A DNA stretch of 64,000 nucleotides from Lentimicrobiaceae bacterium (GCA_041660125.1 JBAZWY010000004.1:165630-229629), one strand, 5' to 3'. Shown: positions 20,267-28,703, counted from the first letter of the stretch. Program-made: numbers and translations. Notes: generated by a model not told the origin, from the letters alone.

Positions 20267-20322
20267 CAACACTTATTAAATAGATGTTATAAACATGTGA
20301 TGCCCATGTGAATAATAATAGC

Positions 20323-20330
20323 TATATTTG
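20323..20330 (+). promoter_or_regulatory. -7 promoter box TATATTTG upstream of the lpxD operon
   Basis: Exact TAnnTTTG about 40 nt upstream of the lpxD ATG. Confidence 0.5.
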
Positions 20331-20371
20331 CAAACTTTTAAACCAACTGGAATTTAACTTATTTGATCCTG

Positions 20372-21433
20372 ATGGAATTTACTGCAAAAGACATCGCCGA
20401 CCTTGTAGGTGGCACTATTGACGGAAACCCTGACGTAAAAGTGAACCGATTAGCAAGGATTGAAGATGGTGAACCTGAGGCGCTCAGTTTCCTGGCCAAT
20501 CCAAAATACTATTCATATATCTATACCACCCGATCGTCTATCGTATTAGTTCAGAGTGATTTCGAGGCTGAACAGGCACTTTTCTGCACTTTAATCCGTG
20601 TTGACGATCCTTATACTGCTTTTGCAAACCTGCTTGAGATTTATGATAAAATGCGAAAAGGCAAAACTGGAACCTCGTCATTATCTTCGATTGCTTCATC
20701 GGCTAAAATTGGGAGCAATGCCTATATTGGTGATTTTGTTGTTATCAGTGATAATGTAGTTATTGGTGATGATGTTAAAATTTTCCCGCACAGTTATATT
20801 GGTGAAAATGTTAAAATAGGCTCGGGAACAACTATCAATCCCGGGGTAATCATATATTACGACTGCACTGTTGGAGCCAAATGCACCATACACGGAGGTT
20901 CCGTTATTGGCGCCGATGGATTTGGCTTTGCCCCGCAGAGTGACAATAATTATAAAAAAGTAGCTCAGATCGGGAATGTTATTATTGAAGACAACGTTGA
21001 AATAGGAGCAAATACAACGATTGACCGCGCTACCCTTGGTTCTACTATTATCCGTCGTGGTGTTAAACTCGATAACCTGATACAGGTCGGCCACAACGTT
21101 GAAATCGGAGAAAATACAGTTATAGCCGCCCAATCAGGAATTGCAGGATCGACCAAAGTAGGGAAAAACTGTATGTTAGGTGGCCAGGTAGGACTTGCAG
21201 GCCACATTGTTATTGCCGACGATGTTAAAATCGGGGCACAGGCAGGTTTAGCCAGTAGTGTAAATAAACCTGGTAGTGTGCTTCTTGGTGCACCCGCCAT
21301 TGATATCAGCAGATTCCGAAGGATTATAGCCATTTTTAATAACCTTGATAAATTATATTACCGGATAGGGGATCTGGAAAAAACAATAAAACAATTACAA
21401 GCCGAAAGAATCGTCGACGAAAAAAACAGCTAA
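20372..21433 (+). CDS. lpxD: UDP-3-O-acylglucosamine N-acyltransferase
   Basis: Left-handed beta-helix hexapeptide repeats and an N-terminal LpxD domain ([12 protein letters not shown]...). Start taken at ATG 20372 rather than the TTG at 20363. Confidence 0.93.
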   Translation: MEFTAKDIADLVGGTIDGNPDVKVNRLARIEDGEPEALSFLANPKYYSYIYTTRSSIVLVQSDFEAEQALFCTLIRVDDPYTAFANLLEIYDKMRKGKTGTSSLSSIASSAKIGSNAYIGDFVVISDNVVIGDDVKIFPHSYIGENVKIGSGTTINPGVIIYYDCTVGAKCTIHGGSVIGADGFGFAPQSDNNYKKVAQIGNVIIEDNVEIGANTTIDRATLGSTIIRRGVKLDNLIQVGHNVEIGENTVIAAQSGIAGSTKVGKNCMLGGQVGLAGHIVIADDVKIGAQAGLASSVNKPGSVLLGAPAIDISRFRRIIAIFNNLDKLYYRIGDLEKTIKQLQAERIVDEKNS

Positions 21434-21464
21434 ATACTACAGTTTAGTTTACTTATATTTTAAT

Positions 21465-22862
21465 ATGTTTGATAAACAACGTACCATAAAAGAGCCAGTT
21501 ACCATTAAAGGCTCCGGATTACATACAGGCAAACAGGTTACCCTAACTTTCAAACCGGCCCCTGCCGACCACGGAATCAAATTTTGCCGTGTTGACCTGG
21601 AGGAAAAACCGGTGATTGATGCCATTGCAGATTACGTGGTAGATACATCGCGCGGAACAACAATCGAATTTCAAGGTGTAAGGCTTGTAACTATCGAACA
21701 CGTTTTGGCTTCGGTCGCAGGATTAGGCATCGATAATATACTGGTGGAAGTTGACAGCGAAGAAATGCCGATTATGGACGGCAGCGCCCGTTTTTTTGTT
21801 GCAGCCCTTGATACCGCAGGAATAATTGAACTGGATGCTATACGCGAATATTTCGAGTTCCGGAGTACTCTTACTCTTACAGACGCAAAACGGAAAAGTG
21901 AAATGGTACTTGTTCCTGACGACAACTTCCGGCTTTCGGTAATGATTGATTTTGAAACACGGATACTGGGTACTCAATATGCCTCAATCGCCGATATCGA
22001 AGACTTCAGGAAAGAAATTGCCGATTGCCGCACCTTTGTATTTCTGCATGACCTGGAATTCCTTATCAATAACAACCTGATTAAAGGTGGCGATGTGAGC
22101 AATGCAATCGTTTTTGTTGAACGCCTGCTCAGTGAAGCCGAACTTGATAGCCTGGCCAAGCATTTCAACAAGCCCAAAATTACCGTTCTGAAAGAAGGTA
22201 TCTTAAATAACCTTGAACTTCGATTCCATAATGAACCTGCCAGGCATAAACTCCTGGATGTGATTGGCGACCTTGCTCTCGTCGGGATGCCATTGAAAGG
22301 ACATATTATTGCTACACGTCCCGGACACCTGGTGAATACCAATTTTGCAAAACTCATACGTGAGCATATTAAAAATGCACCAAAAGGGCCTAAAATTGAC
22401 CTCAACAAGAAACCAGTTTACGATATTAACGATATTAAAAAAATATTACCTCACCGTCCGCCATTTCTCTTAATTGATAAAATAATGGAAATTAGCGACA
22501 AGCAGGTTATTGGCGTAAAGAATGTCACTATGAATGAGGCTTTTTTTGTCGGCCACTTTCCCGAAGAACCGGTCATGCCCGGAGTACTCCAGGTTGAGGC
22601 TATGGCGCAGACCGGCGGGGTATTTGTGCTGCATTCAGTGCCTGATCCTGAAAATTACATCACCTATTTCCTTAAAATGGAATCCGTTAAATTCAGGCAA
22701 AAGGTTGTTCCCGGCGACACTCTGGTATTTGTGCTCGAAATGATATCGCCTGTCCGCAGAGGTATATGCCATATGCGCGGAATAGCCTGGGTAGGCGATA
22801 AAATTGTTACCGAAGCCGAACTGATGGCACAAATTGTGAGAAAGAAAGATACTTCAGAATAA
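21465..22862 (+). CDS. lpxC-fabZ: Bifunctional UDP-3-O-acyl-GlcNAc deacetylase / 3-hydroxyacyl-ACP dehydratase
   Basis: 465 aa. LpxC N-terminal part (TIEHVLASVAGLGIDN, HKLLDVIGDL) fused to FabZ (LPHRPPFLLIDK...FFVGHFP...PVMPGVL). The fusion is typical of Bacteroidota. Confidence 0.95.
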   Translation: MFDKQRTIKEPVTIKGSGLHTGKQVTLTFKPAPADHGIKFCRVDLEEKPVIDAIADYVVDTSRGTTIEFQGVRLVTIEHVLASVAGLGIDNILVEVDSEEMPIMDGSARFFVAALDTAGIIELDAIREYFEFRSTLTLTDAKRKSEMVLVPDDNFRLSVMIDFETRILGTQYASIADIEDFRKEIADCRTFVFLHDLEFLINNNLIKGGDVSNAIVFVERLLSEAELDSLAKHFNKPKITVLKEGILNNLELRFHNEPARHKLLDVIGDLALVGMPLKGHIIATRPGHLVNTNFAKLIREHIKNAPKGPKIDLNKKPVYDINDIKKILPHRPPFLLIDKIMEISDKQVIGVKNVTMNEAFFVGHFPEEPVMPGVLQVEAMAQTGGVFVLHSVPDPENYITYFLKMESVKFRQKVVPGDTLVFVLEMISPVRRGICHMRGIAWVGDKIVTEAELMAQIVRKKDTSE

Positions 22863-22972
22863 AAATGCAAGGTGCCGTTTGCCAGGTACAGGGTTCCATT
22901 TTTAAGAACTTTGAACCCAAAGCCCTTGAACTCCTGAATCCCAAAACCAACAACTTCAATTAAGTTACTGCA

Positions 22973-23761
22973 ATGAACCAGCCCTTAGCATACGTACACC
23001 CACAGGCAAATATTGCCAAAAATGTAGTAATTGAGCCTTTTGTAAACATCGAAAAAAATGTTGAAATCGGCGAAGGCACCTGGATCGGGTCAAGCGTTAC
23101 TATTATGGAAGGAGCCCGTATCGGCAAAAACTGCCGGATTTTTCCCGGAGCAGTTATTGCTGCCGTTCCTCAGGATTTAAAATATGCCGGCGAAGACTCA
23201 ATAGTACGAATTGGCGATAATACCACCATCAGGGAGTTTGTCACAGTTAACAGGGGAACAAAAGCAATGATGGAAACTGTTATTGGCAACAACTGCCTTA
23301 TAATGGCTTACGCTCATATAGCTCACGATTGTATCGTCGGAAACAATTGCATCCTGGCTAATGCCGCCACACTTGCCGGCCATATTACGGTTGACGATTA
23401 TGCCATTATTGGCGGGTTGACTGCTGTACACCAGTTTGTTACCATTGGCCAGCACACCATGATCTCAGGAGGTTCGCTGGTTCGTAAAGATGTGCCACCT
23501 TTTACCAAGGCTGCGCGTGAACCGGTTTCATATGTTGGGATTAACTCAGTAGGCTTACGCCGAAGAGGATTTTCGAACGAAAAAATCAACGAGATACAGG
23601 ATATTTACCGCATCATTTTCCTTAGCGGTTACAATGTAAGCCGTGCCGTCGAAATCGTGGAAACAACCATGCATCCTACGGTTGAACGTGATGAAATTCT
23701 TTCGTTTATCAGCCGCTCCACACGAGGGATAATGAAAGGCTACTCGAAGTCGAGGGAGTAA
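22973..23761 (+). CDS. lpxA: Acyl-ACP--UDP-N-acetylglucosamine O-acyltransferase
   Basis: 262 aa. Hexapeptide repeats plus an LpxA C-terminal helical domain (GINSVGLRRRGFS). Confidence 0.94.
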   Translation: MNQPLAYVHPQANIAKNVVIEPFVNIEKNVEIGEGTWIGSSVTIMEGARIGKNCRIFPGAVIAAVPQDLKYAGEDSIVRIGDNTTIREFVTVNRGTKAMMETVIGNNCLIMAYAHIAHDCIVGNNCILANAATLAGHITVDDYAIIGGLTAVHQFVTIGQHTMISGGSLVRKDVPPFTKAAREPVSYVGINSVGLRRRGFSNEKINEIQDIYRIIFLSGYNVSRAVEIVETTMHPTVERDEILSFISRSTRGIMKGYSKSRE

Positions 23762-23944
23762 TATTTAAACTAAATATCGGCCACAGAGAGTGATAATACG
23801 GGTTAATCAAACAATTCATTCCTTCACGATAGTATTAAAAATCATTGATTGATCATTTGATCATAAAATAAATACAACTTTTTCCTAAAGTTCAGCGAAA
23901 AATCTTCCACTCCAAAAAATCTTACATCCAGAACTGAAAAATCA

Positions 23945-24577
23945 ATGCAGATTATCCTGAGCAAAATAAGCAGAAAGTTTAATTACGAATGGATTTTCCG
24001 GGATGTGGATTTTGAATTTGAACAAGGAAATGCGTATGCAATCCTGGGCTCGAACGGTTCGGGGAAATCAACACTGCTTCAGATTATTTCGGGCCACTTG
24101 CATCCCTCCGGCGGAACAGTAACTTACTTTCATAATAACCAGGAAATCCCGGTTGATGACTTTTTCAGGCATGTAACTTTCAGCGGCCCGTATCTCGAAC
24201 TCATAGAAGAATTCACCCTGGAGGAAATGATCACGTTCCACAGCCGGTTCCGTAAATTCCGCCACAACATGGATGTAAATGCGGTAATGGAAGCCACCGG
24301 CCTGATGCGCAACCGCAATAAGCCGATAAAATATTTCTCTTCCGGCATGAAACAAAGGGTGCGGCTGGCAATTGCCCTGCTTACCGAATCGGAGGTAGTG
24401 CTTCTCGACGAACCTGCTGCCAACCTCGACCGCAAAGCCATCGAATGGTACCGTAGCCTGGTTGCCGAAAATCATAAAGACAGGATTATTATTGTCTGTT
24501 CCAATTCGCAAAGCGAAGAACATGATTTTTGTACGCAATCCATTGTGATTGATGACTATAAGAAGATTGGGAAATAG
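23945..24577 (+). CDS. ABC transporter ATP-binding protein (stand-alone ATPase)
   Basis: 210 aa. Walker A GSNGSGKST, signature FSSGMKQR, Walker B VVLLDEP. Confidence 0.9.
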   Translation: MQIILSKISRKFNYEWIFRDVDFEFEQGNAYAILGSNGSGKSTLLQIISGHLHPSGGTVTYFHNNQEIPVDDFFRHVTFSGPYLELIEEFTLEEMITFHSRFRKFRHNMDVNAVMEATGLMRNRNKPIKYFSSGMKQRVRLAIALLTESEVVLLDEPAANLDRKAIEWYRSLVAENHKDRIIIVCSNSQSEEHDFCTQSIVIDDYKKIGK

Positions 24578-24615
24578 GTAATCGAAAATCATTATTGGTT
24601 TAAGTTTATTAGGGC
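24487..24615 (+). repeat. att-like direct repeat, copy A (functional 3' end of the ABC-ATPase gene plus about 35 nt downstream)
   Basis: TATTATTGTCTGTTCCAATTCGCAAAGCGAAGAACATGATTTTTGTACGCAATCCATTGTGATTGATGACTATAAGAAGATTGGGAAATAG... recurs at 27317 and, from AGAACA onward, at 28484. Confidence 0.9.
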
Positions 24616-24700
24616 ATATTTGTTTAAAATTTTTTATATACTAACCGGCACCAAACCATTTAAATATACTTATCTTTGTTTAAAGTAATATTTGAATTAA

Positions 24701-25042
24701 GTATTCCAAGGTAAATTCAAATCAATTCATGTTGAAAAAGATTCACATTTGATGTATTTAACTATGTATATTCATTTAAATCCGCTTGATTATGATTTTA
24801 AAGAATGGAGAATAAAGAAAATTACAAATACAAAACAAGCCTTTGATTATCTGAGTAATTATAGGTGGAGTAGCCTGTTGGATTATATTGGTAAGAAAAA
24901 TTTTCCATCAATTATACAAAAAGATTTTTTATTAAGTAGATTAGGGAATGAAGAAAAACAAAAGAAGGAAATAACCGGTTGGATAGAATCATTTGATCAA
25001 ATTAATAAAGAAAATTTAAACAGAAATGTTACTTTTGAATAA
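24701..25042 (+). pseudogene. 5'-truncated HUH/Y1 (COG1943, RayT/IS200-like) transposase remnant
   Basis: The frame reads VFQGKFKSIHVEKDSH-LMYLTMYIHLNPL...YRWSSLLDYIGKK. This matches the C-terminal block (LFQGRYK...YIHLNPV...Y.WSS..YIG) of the family as I recall it. The upstream HUH domain is missing and an in-frame stop lies at 24698. Confidence 0.65.
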
Positions 25043-25057
25043 AATACTTTATTTTAG

Positions 25058-25088
25058 ATTGTTGGAAGTCGGACTTCCAACAATCTAT
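25058..25088. repeat. REP-like palindrome AGATTGTTGGAAGT-CGG-ACTTCCAACAATCT
   Basis: 14-bp perfect stem immediately 3' of the transposase remnant. Second copy at 25224-25250. Confidence 0.85.
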
Positions 25089-25223
25089 TTTGGGAATAAA
25101 AAGGTGGATAAGTAATTTGACAAAAGCCTAAATTACTTAGATAATAAAAATAAATAACATTGTTTGGATTTGTTTAAATTTATCTTGATAAATTAAGTCA
25201 TTTTGTAGAAAAACGTAAGAAGT

Positions 25224-25250
25224 GTTGGAAGTCGGACTTCCAACAATTTT
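25224..25250. repeat. REP-like palindrome, second copy (TGTTGGAAGT-CGG-ACTTCCAACA)
   Basis: Same core and same loop orientation as 25058-25088. Confidence 0.85.
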
Positions 25251-25340
25251 CAACAAGAAGATTTGTCGGGATAAATTTAAACAAATCCTATCATAAAAAA
25301 ATAATCCAAATAAATATAAACCCTCTAAAGCCGAGAAACG

Positions 25341-26021
25341 ATGAAAAATTTTCTGAGAATGCTTGCTGTACTTTTGTTACTGGCTTTAGTTTTTGCTATG
25401 GCCGGTTGCGGAGAAGACCCCATAATTCCAAAAAAGTTATGGTACACAATCACACCCATGTCTGACACTGTGGTGTTGGGCACTAGTTTACAATTTAAAA
25501 TTGTATCTAACGCTGATTCAATGACTTCGGATATTCCTGAAGCTAAAATGCTTCAGGCGCCAATCAGCAAAATAGTTGAAACTGGCCTTATTACCGAAAC
25601 AACCATTTACCATGTAGTTTTTTACTTAAATGGTAAGGGGGTTGATATTGCCAACCCAACTTTTTTTGTTCGTGACCCGACCATGGAAGAACTCCTCTGC
25701 CTGTACGGCCCATGGAGTATGGTGAAACTTGAATTCCAGGATGCTCCCGGTTTACCCTGGTATGAGGCTGATATATGGGATTGTAACAAAGATAATTTAT
25801 TATACTTCTATCTGACTCCGACAAAAAAAGAGGTTAGTGATAGAGGAGAAATTCTCTGTAGCAATGAACCTAAAACCTCAGAAGGACCATGGACTTTGTC
25901 TGGGAATATCCTTAATACGGGTGGGGAAGAAGAAATTATTACTCTTAATCAAGATACCTTGATTTGGGTGTATCGCCCAGGTACCCTAGATTCAACAAGG
26001 GAAACCTTCATTCACCCCTAA
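25341..26021 (+). CDS. Lipoprotein of unknown function
   Basis: Signal peptide with lipobox LVFAMAGC. 226 aa. Confidence 0.7.
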   Translation: MKNFLRMLAVLLLLALVFAMAGCGEDPIIPKKLWYTITPMSDTVVLGTSLQFKIVSNADSMTSDIPEAKMLQAPISKIVETGLITETTIYHVVFYLNGKGVDIANPTFFVRDPTMEELLCLYGPWSMVKLEFQDAPGLPWYEADIWDCNKDNLLYFYLTPTKKEVSDRGEILCSNEPKTSEGPWTLSGNILNTGGEEEIITLNQDTLIWVYRPGTLDSTRETFIHP

Positions 26022-26049
26022 AACCATTTATTTGGATTAATATAAAATC

Positions 26050-26079
26050 GACTGCTTCTTATGGATGCAGTCTTTTTTT
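26050..26079 (+). terminator. Rho-independent terminator
   Basis: GACTGC-N11-GCAGTC followed by TTTTTTT. Confidence 0.6.
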
Positions 26080-26247
26080 GTTTTTGAGGATAAGTTCTCA
26101 CGCTTATATTTTCGTATAAAATGGGTATGGGGATAAATGATTCTTTACATTTTTAATATATGGTAGAATATATGTAATTAAGAATTAAGAATTAGGTTAA
26201 TAATTCTTAAAAAAATTCACAAATATTATTATTAACTTTTTATTACT

Positions 26248-27378
26248 ATGAATCTATTTAAAAAATCGTTTGTTGGAGGTTTGTTTTTATTTATTTTATT
26301 AGGAGTATATAGTCAAACAAATATTGTTAATGCAGATTATTGTACATATGACCATTTTATTCCAGGAACAACTACATTACAAAATTCGACATGTACCTCA
26401 CGAACATTCGCGACTTGTACTGCTGACCCTTATTACCATTTAAATAGGATAATGATATGTAAATGGGTTACATCTGCTTCTACTCCTCCTCCCCCTGTTG
26501 TTATTCTTGAAAAAGACCCAAATAGAGTTAAAAATAAAGTTATGAAAAGTGTGGGGACAGGGGCAGGTTCGGTATATTTAAATATATTTGTAGATAAACT
26601 TACTTCGGGAGGTTGTACTTTACAAAACAATGGAGTGAATGTTGATAATTATGTATATAAGAGTGATTTTAATATAAAAAGTAAAACAGTCTCAAGTCTA
26701 ACAGCCGATGAGAATAATTTTCAGCTTAATTGTGCGGGCTCTTCTTCTCCTTCATTAACAAGTGTAATTCAAAATGTGAAAGCACAAACGGGAGTACTGA
26801 CAATACCGGCTACTTGTACGATTCCACTTGGAGGAAGTAGTTGTCCGAGTAATACCACCCTCTTTTCTTGGTCAACCACAAATCCATATTCAACTTCGAA
26901 TATGTCGTATTATACTCAAGTTAAGAATGAAGCAACTGGGTCAGCTGTCTCATCGCCAACGAATACTATGAGTTCAGTGGGAGTGGCTGTTCCTTATACA
27001 TCAGGGGGAGCAAAATATAAAATGTGGAACTATGTAGATGGAGAAAATAATACGGTCAGTATTCCAACGAATCAGCCAAGTGATTATAGTCTTAAAACAA
27101 TCATCACTAATTGTGCTTCAGGTAGTTGGAATGGAAGTATTTGTGCAGCGGCTCCTACCGTCACTTCTCCAACTTGTACAAATATTACAGCAACTAGTAT
27201 GACAGCCGGAGCAACTGTTACGTCATTAGGATATCCGACATCAATAACCCGTGGAACTTGTGTGGGAGGATATTCCCCAACAAACTGTGCAGCAGAAGGT
27301 GGAACAACGACGGGAGTATTATTGTTTGTTCCAATTCGCAAAGCGAGGAACATGATTTTTGTACGCAATCCATTGTGA
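26248..27378 (+). CDS. Secreted Cys/Ser/Thr-rich protein of unknown function; 3' end runs out of frame into att-like copy B
   Basis: N-terminal signal peptide (FVGGLFLFILLGVYSQ), many Cys, a PPPP linker, AT-rich codons. The last ~20 aa (LLFVPIRKARNMIFVRNPL) are read from the duplicated ABC 3' segment in another frame. Confidence 0.6.
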   Translation: MNLFKKSFVGGLFLFILLGVYSQTNIVNADYCTYDHFIPGTTTLQNSTCTSRTFATCTADPYYHLNRIMICKWVTSASTPPPPVVILEKDPNRVKNKVMKSVGTGAGSVYLNIFVDKLTSGGCTLQNNGVNVDNYVYKSDFNIKSKTVSSLTADENNFQLNCAGSSSPSLTSVIQNVKAQTGVLTIPATCTIPLGGSSCPSNTTLFSWSTTNPYSTSNMSYYTQVKNEATGSAVSSPTNTMSSVGVAVPYTSGGAKYKMWNYVDGENNTVSIPTNQPSDYSLKTIITNCASGSWNGSICAAAPTVTSPTCTNITATSMTAGATVTSLGYPTSITRGTCVGGYSPTNCAAEGGTTTGVLLFVPIRKARNMIFVRNPL

Positions 27379-27418
27379 TTGATGACTATAAGAAGAGTGG
27401 GAAAAAGTAAAAATAGTT
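27317..27418 (+). repeat. att-like direct repeat, copy B (continues at 27511-27535 after a GC-rich insert)
   Basis: About 95 nt nearly identical to 24487-24580. In the ABC frame it still encodes IIVCSNSQSEEHDFCTQSIVIDDYKKSGKK*. Confidence 0.9.
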
Positions 27419-27510
27419 CCCTTCGGCTGGCTTCGGCTGGCTTCGGCTTCCACCGCCGCTGGCGGGGCAGGCTGCTCTGCCACCGTCGCTCAGCCACCGT
27501 CGCTAAGGGT
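27419..27510. repeat. GC-rich mini-element inserted in att-like copy B
   Basis: CTTCGGCTGG x2.5, hairpins CCGCC-GCT-GGCGG and GGCAG-N6-CTGCC, CCACCGTCGCT x2. Its core CCGCTGGCGGGGCAGGCTG resembles CCGCTGAGCGGGACAGGCTG at 7826-7845. Confidence 0.7.
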
Positions 27511-27607
27511 GAAAATGGTTAATAGTTATTAGGGCTTCCCGCGTTTTGTACAGATTGTTTGAATAACTAATTATTTGAATCAATTTAAATAGTAACTTTT
27601 TGTTTCG

Positions 27608-27615
27608 TATTTTTG
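27608..27615 (+). promoter_or_regulatory. -7 promoter box TATTTTTG for the toxin-antitoxin operon
   Basis: TAnnTTTG match 35 nt upstream of the antitoxin ATG. Confidence 0.45.
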
Positions 27616-27649
27616 TTCTGATATTGATTCACTTTTCAAAAACACCCGG

Positions 27650-27883
27650 ATGAACATACAAACGCAAAAAGCAATTATAATTGAGCAGTTTAAGCAGGTG
27701 AATGACGTTAACCTGATTAATGCGATTAAGAGTATGCTCGATTACGCAATAAAGAAGGAAAAGGAAGTTTATGATGTACCTGAAGCCCATCAGCAAATGG
27801 TAATGGAGCGTTTCGAAAAAGTACGTAAAAAACCAGAAAGGCTTTTAGATTGGGATGAAGCCCAAAATACACTTAAAGCCTGA
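27650..27883 (+). CDS. Antitoxin ('addiction module component'-like) of a type II TA pair
   Basis: 77 aa, helical and acidic. The stop overlaps the toxin start (TGATG). Position is upstream of a ParE/RelE-like gene. Confidence 0.7.
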   Translation: MNIQTQKAIIIEQFKQVNDVNLINAIKSMLDYAIKKEKEVYDVPEAHQQMVMERFEKVRKKPERLLDWDEAQNTLKA

Positions 27884-28200
27884 TGAAGAAGTATAAAATA
27901 AAAATTGAGCCGGAAGCGCTTGGCGATATTCAGGACATTACCAATTGGTATAATGAAGCGCAGGCAAAGCTCGGCAAAAAGTTTCAGGATACCACTATCG
28001 CAAAAATTAACCGGCTTAGTAAAGACCCCCAAATTTTCGCTATTAGATATCAGGAAATCAGGTGCATGCAGGTACCGAAATACCCATACATGGTTCATTT
28101 CTATATTAACGAAGAGACCAATATAGTTGAAGTATTGGCAGTGATCAGCACCAATCGGAACCCGAAGATTTGGGAAGAAAAAACGGATAAACATACATGA
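27883..28200 (+). CDS. ParE/RelE-family type II toxin
   Basis: 105 aa. Pattern ...EALGDIQDITNWY...YPYMVHFYINEETNIVEVLAVISTNRNP typical of ParE-like toxins. Confidence 0.75.
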   Translation: MKKYKIKIEPEALGDIQDITNWYNEAQAKLGKKFQDTTIAKINRLSKDPQIFAIRYQEIRCMQVPKYPYMVHFYINEETNIVEVLAVISTNRNPKIWEEKTDKHT

Positions 28201-28483
28201 CCATTTAAAGCTGCTGATCTTATTTCGGACAATTACAAGCAATAAAACATACTGATTGATGCCTGCAATGGCATATATAAACAGAATGCAATTTAAAGCA
28301 GCAAAGACAGGAGAATGAAGCGCTTTGCAGACTAATTATTTTCTGTTATTTTCATCCGGCACGGATTATTCGTCCCGCTTCCCACAAAAATGCGGAACAA
28401 GCTATGATATCTCTGCGATAAGTAATCAGCCTTTGGCTGATGAGATCACTTCGTTATGTTACAAATCCACGCCAGCGGGAACA

Positions 28484-28579
28484 GAGAACACGATTTTTGC
28501 ACGCAATCCATTGTGATTGATGACTATAAGAAGAGTGGGAAATAGTTAATGGAAAATAGTCAATAGAAAATAGTTTGGG
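28484..28579 (+). repeat. att-like direct repeat, copy C (last ~60 nt of the ABC gene plus downstream tail)
   Basis: AGAACACGATTTTTGCACGCAATCCATTGTGATTGATGACTATAAGAAGAGTGGGAAATAG plus a GAAAATAGT... tail. Shares the AGAGTGGG variant with copy B. Confidence 0.88.
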
Positions 28580-28695
28580 TTTCTGATATTAACTCTCTTA
28601 TAACTGATTTGTATATCCTGAAGATATTTTGAGTACTCCTTATGTGTTTTTCAAATTACCAGAATTCAAATTCATCGAATTCTCGGGAAAAAGTG

Positions 28696-28703
28696 TACTT
28701 TTG
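28696..28703 (+). promoter_or_regulatory. -7 promoter box TACTTTTG upstream of efp
   Basis: TAnnTTTG match about 45 nt upstream of the efp ATG. Confidence 0.5.

Noticed and set aside
20696-22408. Several 84-145-aa ORFs antisense to or out of frame within lpxD and lpxC-fabZ (20696-21133, 20965-21333, 21671-21925, 21723-21977, 21974-22408)
   Set aside because: These are shadow ORFs inside well-supported genes. Hexapeptide-repeat genes characteristically leave the opposite strand open.
24068-24592. 174-aa antisense ORF, and the similar 137-aa ORF at 27084-27497, which share the peptide LLIVINHNGLRTKIMF
   Set aside because: The shared peptide is just the reverse-strand reading of the duplicated att-like segment. 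The first lies wholly antisense to the ABC ATPase gene. The second is antisense to the secreted-protein gene and the GC-rich insert.
24578-28483. Considered calling the cassette region an ICE, prophage or integron
   Set aside because: There is no integrase or recombinase, conjugation, phage structural or IntI gene, and no attC-like sites. Only the repeated gene-end segments support mobility, so it is reported as an att-flanked cassette array hypothesis instead.
28325-28516. 63-aa ORF ending ...NTIFARNPL* inside att copy C
   Set aside because: It is short, has no recognisable start context or family, and its tail is the out-of-frame reading of the repeat. It is treated as non-coding remnant DNA of cassette 2.
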